Part shown: positions 28,561 through 32,000 of the stretch, piece by piece | Layout of the letters: the number at the start of each line of letters is the position of its first letter | Position numbering within the stretch: position 1 is the first letter of the stretch | Assembly: GCF_000091665.1 (NCBI RefSeq) | Contig: NC_000909.1 | Location: 60,001-92,000, forward strand | Direction of reading: 5' to 3' | DNA from: Methanocaldococcus jannaschii DSM 2661 | GTDB lineage: Archaea > AGJL01 > Methanococci > Methanococcales > Methanocaldococcaceae | DNA: 32,000 bases | The notes under the pieces: generated by a model | What the model was told of the DNA's origin: nothing | Databases searched by the model: none | Seen by the model: only the letters and a program-made list of their open reading frames with translations | Position numbers and translations under genes: made by a program

Positions 28561-29493
28561 TTAAGCTTTATCCTTATGCATCTCAAATTCAACTTCTGAT
28601 TTTGGTTTTATTTTTATTAATATATAGTTTTTCATCTCACTTCTTTTAATATCTGCTATATCTCCCAATGTATAGTTTTTGACTTTAACTTCCCTAATTT
28701 TATCTGCATATTTATCATAATCTAACTTAACTCTCAAACCATCCAATTGAGTAACGATAGGCATTGGAGATAAAATTGAATAAACTTCTTCAACCTGCTT
28801 CTCAATCTCATCTTTAACAACTACTGGTGGAACAATTGGAGGGTCGTAAGATAACTCTCTCCTCCTCTCATTTATAAGTTCTGTTATTACCTCAACCATC
28901 TTTCTTAAAGCTCTAATTTCTTCTCCATGCCTTAATCTATGGCTTCTTCTCCCAAGATTTCCAACATACGGGTAAGGAATATCTATTTTTTCAGGTCCTC
29001 CAGTAACAACAACTGGAATATCCACATCAAATAGATGGGTTTTATTTTTAATGCAATCCTCAAAATTACCCATTACATAAACAGCCAAATCATGCTCCTC
29101 TATTAATCTCCTTTCTTTTTCTCTCAATTGGGCTATGTCTCTCCCAACCCCTCTTGCTAAACCAATCATGTTTGGCTTAGCTCCAAATCTTCTCAAATAT
29201 TCTGAAATATCACAGGCAGTATGTGGGAGGTGATGTCTTGATAAACTTGGAGCCACAACAGCTATTTCAGTCCCTGCCAACGGGGTTTCTATAATCTTAC
29301 CCTTATATTTTTTAGCTTCCTCTTTGATATTTTCAAGTTCATTTTGAGGAATTGCCAAGGTCATATAAACGTCTAACTGCATAACGTGCTCTTGAATAAC
29401 AAAACCTCCGATATCCTCAATCCATTCTTTGAAGATGTTGTTTTTATAAACCCCTCCTTCGTATCTAACTATCTCATACATTAGAATCACCAA
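28561..29493 (-). CDS. methanogenesis marker protein 7
   Basis: MYEIVRYEGGVYKNN..EDIGGFVIQEHVMQLDVYMTLAIP...PLAGTEIAVVAPSLSRHHLPHTACDISEYLRRFGAKPNMIGLARG...NFEDCI is characteristic of the marker 7 family. Confidence 0.85.
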   Translation of the reverse strand: MVILMYEIVRYEGGVYKNNIFKEWIEDIGGFVIQEHVMQLDVYMTLAIPQNELENIKEEAKKYKGKIIETPLAGTEIAVVAPSLSRHHLPHTACDISEYLRRFGAKPNMIGLARGVGRDIAQLREKERRLIEEHDLAVYVMGNFEDCIKNKTHLFDVDIPVVVTGGPEKIDIPYPYVGNLGRRSHRLRHGEEIRALRKMVEVITELINERRRELSYDPPIVPPVVVKDEIEKQVEEVYSILSPMPIVTQLDGLRVKLDYDKYADKIREVKVKNYTLGDIADIKRSEMKNYILIKIKPKSEVEFEMHKDKA

Positions 29494-29564
29494 AGTTTAT
29501 TTCTTAAAAACTATCTTATTATGTTTCAGCTTTTTATTTTTTACCAGGCAATATAAAGTTTCTA

Positions 29565-29945
29565 TTAACTTTTTCTTTTTTCTTCTATAAGCAGTTTCCT
29601 AACAGAATAAGAAACATGGTGGGCTATATTTATCGCTTCCAACTCCCCTCTGGTCTTTGGAAATATAACCTCTTTTTTTAAAATTGCTGAAATAATATCC
29701 TTGGATATGTTGAAAAACTCTCCTCTTTCACATAGAATGTAATCAAACTCATCTCCAACTTTATCAATTAACTCCTTAACCTCTTTAACAATATCTCTCA
29801 ACTTCTGAGTTTCTTCTTCTTTAACCATAACATCTATTTTTTCCACATGCACAATTCTATCTGCTTTAATCTCAACTAAAACCCCAGCATAAACTCTAAA
29901 AAATATATCATTTTCATGATGCCTTCCAGATATATCTATAGCCAA
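29565..29945 (-). CDS. conserved hypothetical protein (possibly DUF2209)
   Basis: AIDISGRHHENDIFFRVYAGVLVEI...YILCERGEFFNI. Family name is from memory. Confidence 0.6.
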   Translation of the reverse strand: MAIDISGRHHENDIFFRVYAGVLVEIKADRIVHVEKIDVMVKEEETQKLRDIVKEVKELIDKVGDEFDYILCERGEFFNISKDIISAILKKEVIFPKTRGELEAINIAHHVSYSVRKLLIEEKRKS

Positions 29946-29963
29946 TACTTTAATCGTATCACC

Positions 29964-30752
29964 TCAAGATTTAAAAAGCATAGAAATTAGATACAAAAAT
30001 AAGTTTTTATACCCAGTTGCAAAGGCAGCTAATAGGGGAATTCCATAAGCTTTTGCATAGCTATAGATAAACCAGTCAATTGGCTCCAACATTCCAGCAA
30101 TAAAGATAAATATAAAGGAACAAGCTATAAGAATTACTATTTTTTTACTTGTTATTTCTCTTTTAACTATTGGGAGAATTTTATTTGATAATTCTACTCC
30201 AACAACGACTGCAGTGGCAAATCCAAAAAATTCAAAAAATCCATGTGGAAGGACAGCAATTAAATCAGAATATTGAAGATTTACTCCAATTAATCCAGTC
30301 AGTGGATTTATGACAGTAAAGATAAATAATATTAATAGATATTTTTGATAACACTTAAATAGTTCTTCTTTCTCTTCAAGTGTTTTAGCTTTTTCTAAGT
30401 CTTTCTTATATAAATAAGCAAGTGCTCCAAGAGCAAACATTATAATCAAACACCCCATAAAATTAGAAACTATATATGAAAGAGCATAAGTTAAGTAAGC
30501 ATTTTTTACCCCAACAGTATTCGATACAGCTGAAGAAACAGCGTTAAATTTTGCAGTTCCAACACTTTGAGCTAATTTAGCTGGTTCAGATATAAAATTG
30601 GATTTTAAAATAGATGATAAATATAAAAGGAACTTCCCTACAGAGAAAGAAAACAGAAATCCTGCCCAACACAAAAAATAGGTTATTAAAATCTTTTTTG
30701 GAATATTTAAAGAGAGATATTTTTTAAAAATCTCCATGGCTTTTACTTCCAT
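29964..30752 (-). CDS. SpoIIM/DUF95-like membrane protein
   Basis: Multiple hydrophobic segments with the motif LPHGFFEFFGFATAVVVGVEL. Confidence 0.65.
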   Translation of the reverse strand: MEVKAMEIFKKYLSLNIPKKILITYFLCWAGFLFSFSVGKFLLYLSSILKSNFISEPAKLAQSVGTAKFNAVSSAVSNTVGVKNAYLTYALSYIVSNFMGCLIIMFALGALAYLYKKDLEKAKTLEEKEELFKCYQKYLLILFIFTVINPLTGLIGVNLQYSDLIAVLPHGFFEFFGFATAVVVGVELSNKILPIVKREITSKKIVILIACSFIFIFIAGMLEPIDWFIYSYAKAYGIPLLAAFATGYKNLFLYLISMLFKS

Positions 30753-30807
30753 GATTTCCCTTGGAACTTTTTATAAACGTTTAGATGGAAACTGTTAGGT
30801 TTTCATT

Positions 30808-31042
30808 ACCGAAGCTACGCTTTGGTTAAATAAATCCTAACGGATTTGTAGCTCTTCGCTCCGCTCCGATTAAATGAAAACTTTTTGAGTTTTTGTAGCC
30901 AGAATTGAAACTTTCTGTTTCATCAAAATTTTTATGAGCATCCCTCGTAGAAAGGGATTCCAACCTATTGGACATTAATTGCCCCTGTAAGGGGCAACTT
31001 AATGGACATGTGATATCCCAATAGGAGGCATCCTCCTATGGT
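30808..31042. repeat. non-coding cluster of at least six small hairpins/repeats
   Basis: ACCGAAG-CTACG-CTTTGGT (30808-30826), AATCC-TAAC-GGATT (30833-30846), AAAACT..AGTTTT (30877-30893), ATCCCT..AGGGAT (30940-30958), the 38-nt repeat (30970-31007), CCCAATAGGAGG-CAT-CCTCCTATGG (about 31018-31041). Confidence 0.8.
30970..31007 (+). repeat. 38-nt hairpin repeat, copy 2 (GGACATTAATTGCCCCTGTAAGGGGCAACTTAATGGAC)
   Basis: Arms identical to the reverse complement of 9204-9241. Inner stem is CCCC/GGGG instead of GGACT/AGTCC. Confidence 0.92.
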
Positions 31043-31044
31043 AT

Positions 31045-31476
31045 TTAAATCATTCTTATTGGTCTTATAGCACCACAAGCCATACATTTGAGTAAATGAA
31101 CTCTTCCCTCCTTAATAATCTTGGTATCTGGCTTACCGCACTCTCTACAGATAACATACTCCCTCAAGAAGTCATTAATTCTTGATTTTAATAACTCTGG
31201 GCTGATTCTTCTCTGTAAGATTAATCTACCTCCCTCTAAGTTACCAGCACTACCAGTCTCTTTTAAAAGATACTTAGCAAAGAATTCCTCATCTCTATTA
31301 ACTGCCTTAGCCAACTCTCTAAAGTTTCTTATTATTGTTCTATTTCCTTCTATCAAAATCTCAATTTCTGGAAGTTCAAATCTATCTTTTTGGAAAACGT
31401 AATCTGGAATCTGACTTCTTGCTCTCTTTAATAATGCCTTATAATCATAATAGTCAATATTTTCAAGGTCGCTCAT
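31045..31476 (-). CDS. translation initiation factor aIF-2 subunit beta
   Basis: [16 protein letters not shown]...[47 protein letters not shown], C-terminal Zn ribbon CRECGKPDT...CMACGA. Confidence 0.96.
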   Translation of the reverse strand: [143 protein letters not shown]

Positions 31477-31671
31477 TTTATCACCAAAATAAGATTATCA
31501 AAAAACTATAACTTTTAATTTATATAAAAAACTATCCCAATTGCCAAATGGTAATATAGTGTCTTTCAAAATTTATAAAGCTTATTTATTAATAAGGAAA
31601 ATTTCAAAGTGTTTTGAAAGATACTATAAATTCAATTAAAAAAGAATAAAATTTCTAATTAATTATTTTAA

Positions 31672-31857
31672 TTATTTTATTCTCTTACCATTAACTTTCT
31701 TATTTTGCCATGAATATTTTCTCATTCTTTTATTTGGAAATCCACATGCAGCACATCTCTTTTTTCTTACGTGGTAGGCTCTTCTCCCACATCTTCTACA
31801 TCTTATGTGATATGAACCTTTGTTTCTTTTACCCATTGATGGAGTTCCTTTTGACAT
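31672..31857 (-). CDS. rpl37e: 50S ribosomal protein L37e
   Basis: [50 protein letters not shown]. Confidence 0.97.
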   Translation of the reverse strand: MSKGTPSMGKRNKGSYHIRCRRCGRRAYHVRKKRCAACGFPNKRMRKYSWQNKKVNGKRIK

Positions 31858-31933
31858 AAGTTATCACCTTAAAATCTTTAATTTGTGTTTTTATAGTTTT
31901 TGCAAATATTTAGAATACATTAAGGCATATAAT

Positions 31934-31958
31934 GAACGCCTTCTTATAGAAGGCGGTC
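31934..31958. terminator. hairpin GAACGCCTTC-TTATA-GAAGGCGGTC, near copy of 12005-12029
   Basis: Same arms (one mismatch) and matching flanks on both sides. Confidence 0.55.
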
Positions 31959-31970
31959 AATCTTCCTTCG

Positions 31971-32000
31971 TCAATTTAATAACTTTTGCAAAAAACCATA
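31971..32000 (-). CDS. C-terminus (YGFLQKLLN*) of a gene running off the window, possibly a paralog of the HEAT-like protein
   Basis: The minus-strand frame ends ..YGFLQKLLN*, against NGLYSFLQK* for the 12051-12674 gene. Nucleotide similarity extends into the downstream hairpin. Confidence 0.5.
   Translation of the reverse strand, partial: YGFLQKLLN

Noticed and set aside
29494-29564. Possible attenuator upstream of the marker 7 gene
   Set aside because: Only short AT-rich complementarities with no stable GC-containing stem.
31121-31402. Plus-strand ORF opposite aIF2-beta
   Set aside because: Antisense shadow (Ser/Pro/Leu-rich) of a highly conserved gene.

Overview
The window looks like a stretch of a Methanocaldococcus chromosome. 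It is AT-rich and carries methanogen-specific genes, and the gene order resembles the M. jannaschii MJ0060-MJ0099 region as I remember it (not searched). Core content: the C-terminus of an MTA/purine nucleoside phosphorylase, a ferredoxin, Sua5/YrdC, a PAPS-reductase-like protein, argB, the methyl-CoM reductase II operon (mrtBGA), a CooC-like ATPase, a FecBCD-type ABC transporter with an embedded methyltransferase and an unknown protein, peptidase U32, a Na+/Ca2+ exchanger, a TfrB/HdrCB-like Fe-S protein, methanogenesis marker 7, aIF2-beta and L37e. An accessory island (about 6.97-14.2 kb) holds a RelBE-like toxin-antitoxin pair, a frameshifted HAD phosphatase, two paralogous archaeal ATPases, a MoxR/VWA (RavA/ViaA-like) module coupled to a HEAT-like protein and a NikR-like repressor without metal ligands, and a possible SecB-like protein. 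The least expected signals are: (1) hairpin elements at gene 3' ends, where the last codons of the host gene are duplicated on the far side of the element (MTA phosphorylase and ATPase genes); (2) a 38-nt dispersed repeat with conserved arms but a compensated, completely different inner stem; (3) an in-frame double-hairpin insertion in a methyltransferase gene; (4) a GC-rich structured RNA candidate with its own strong promoter and a 16-bp stem (about 14.36-14.51 kb); (5) a 9-bp inverted repeat bracketing the mrt TATA box.
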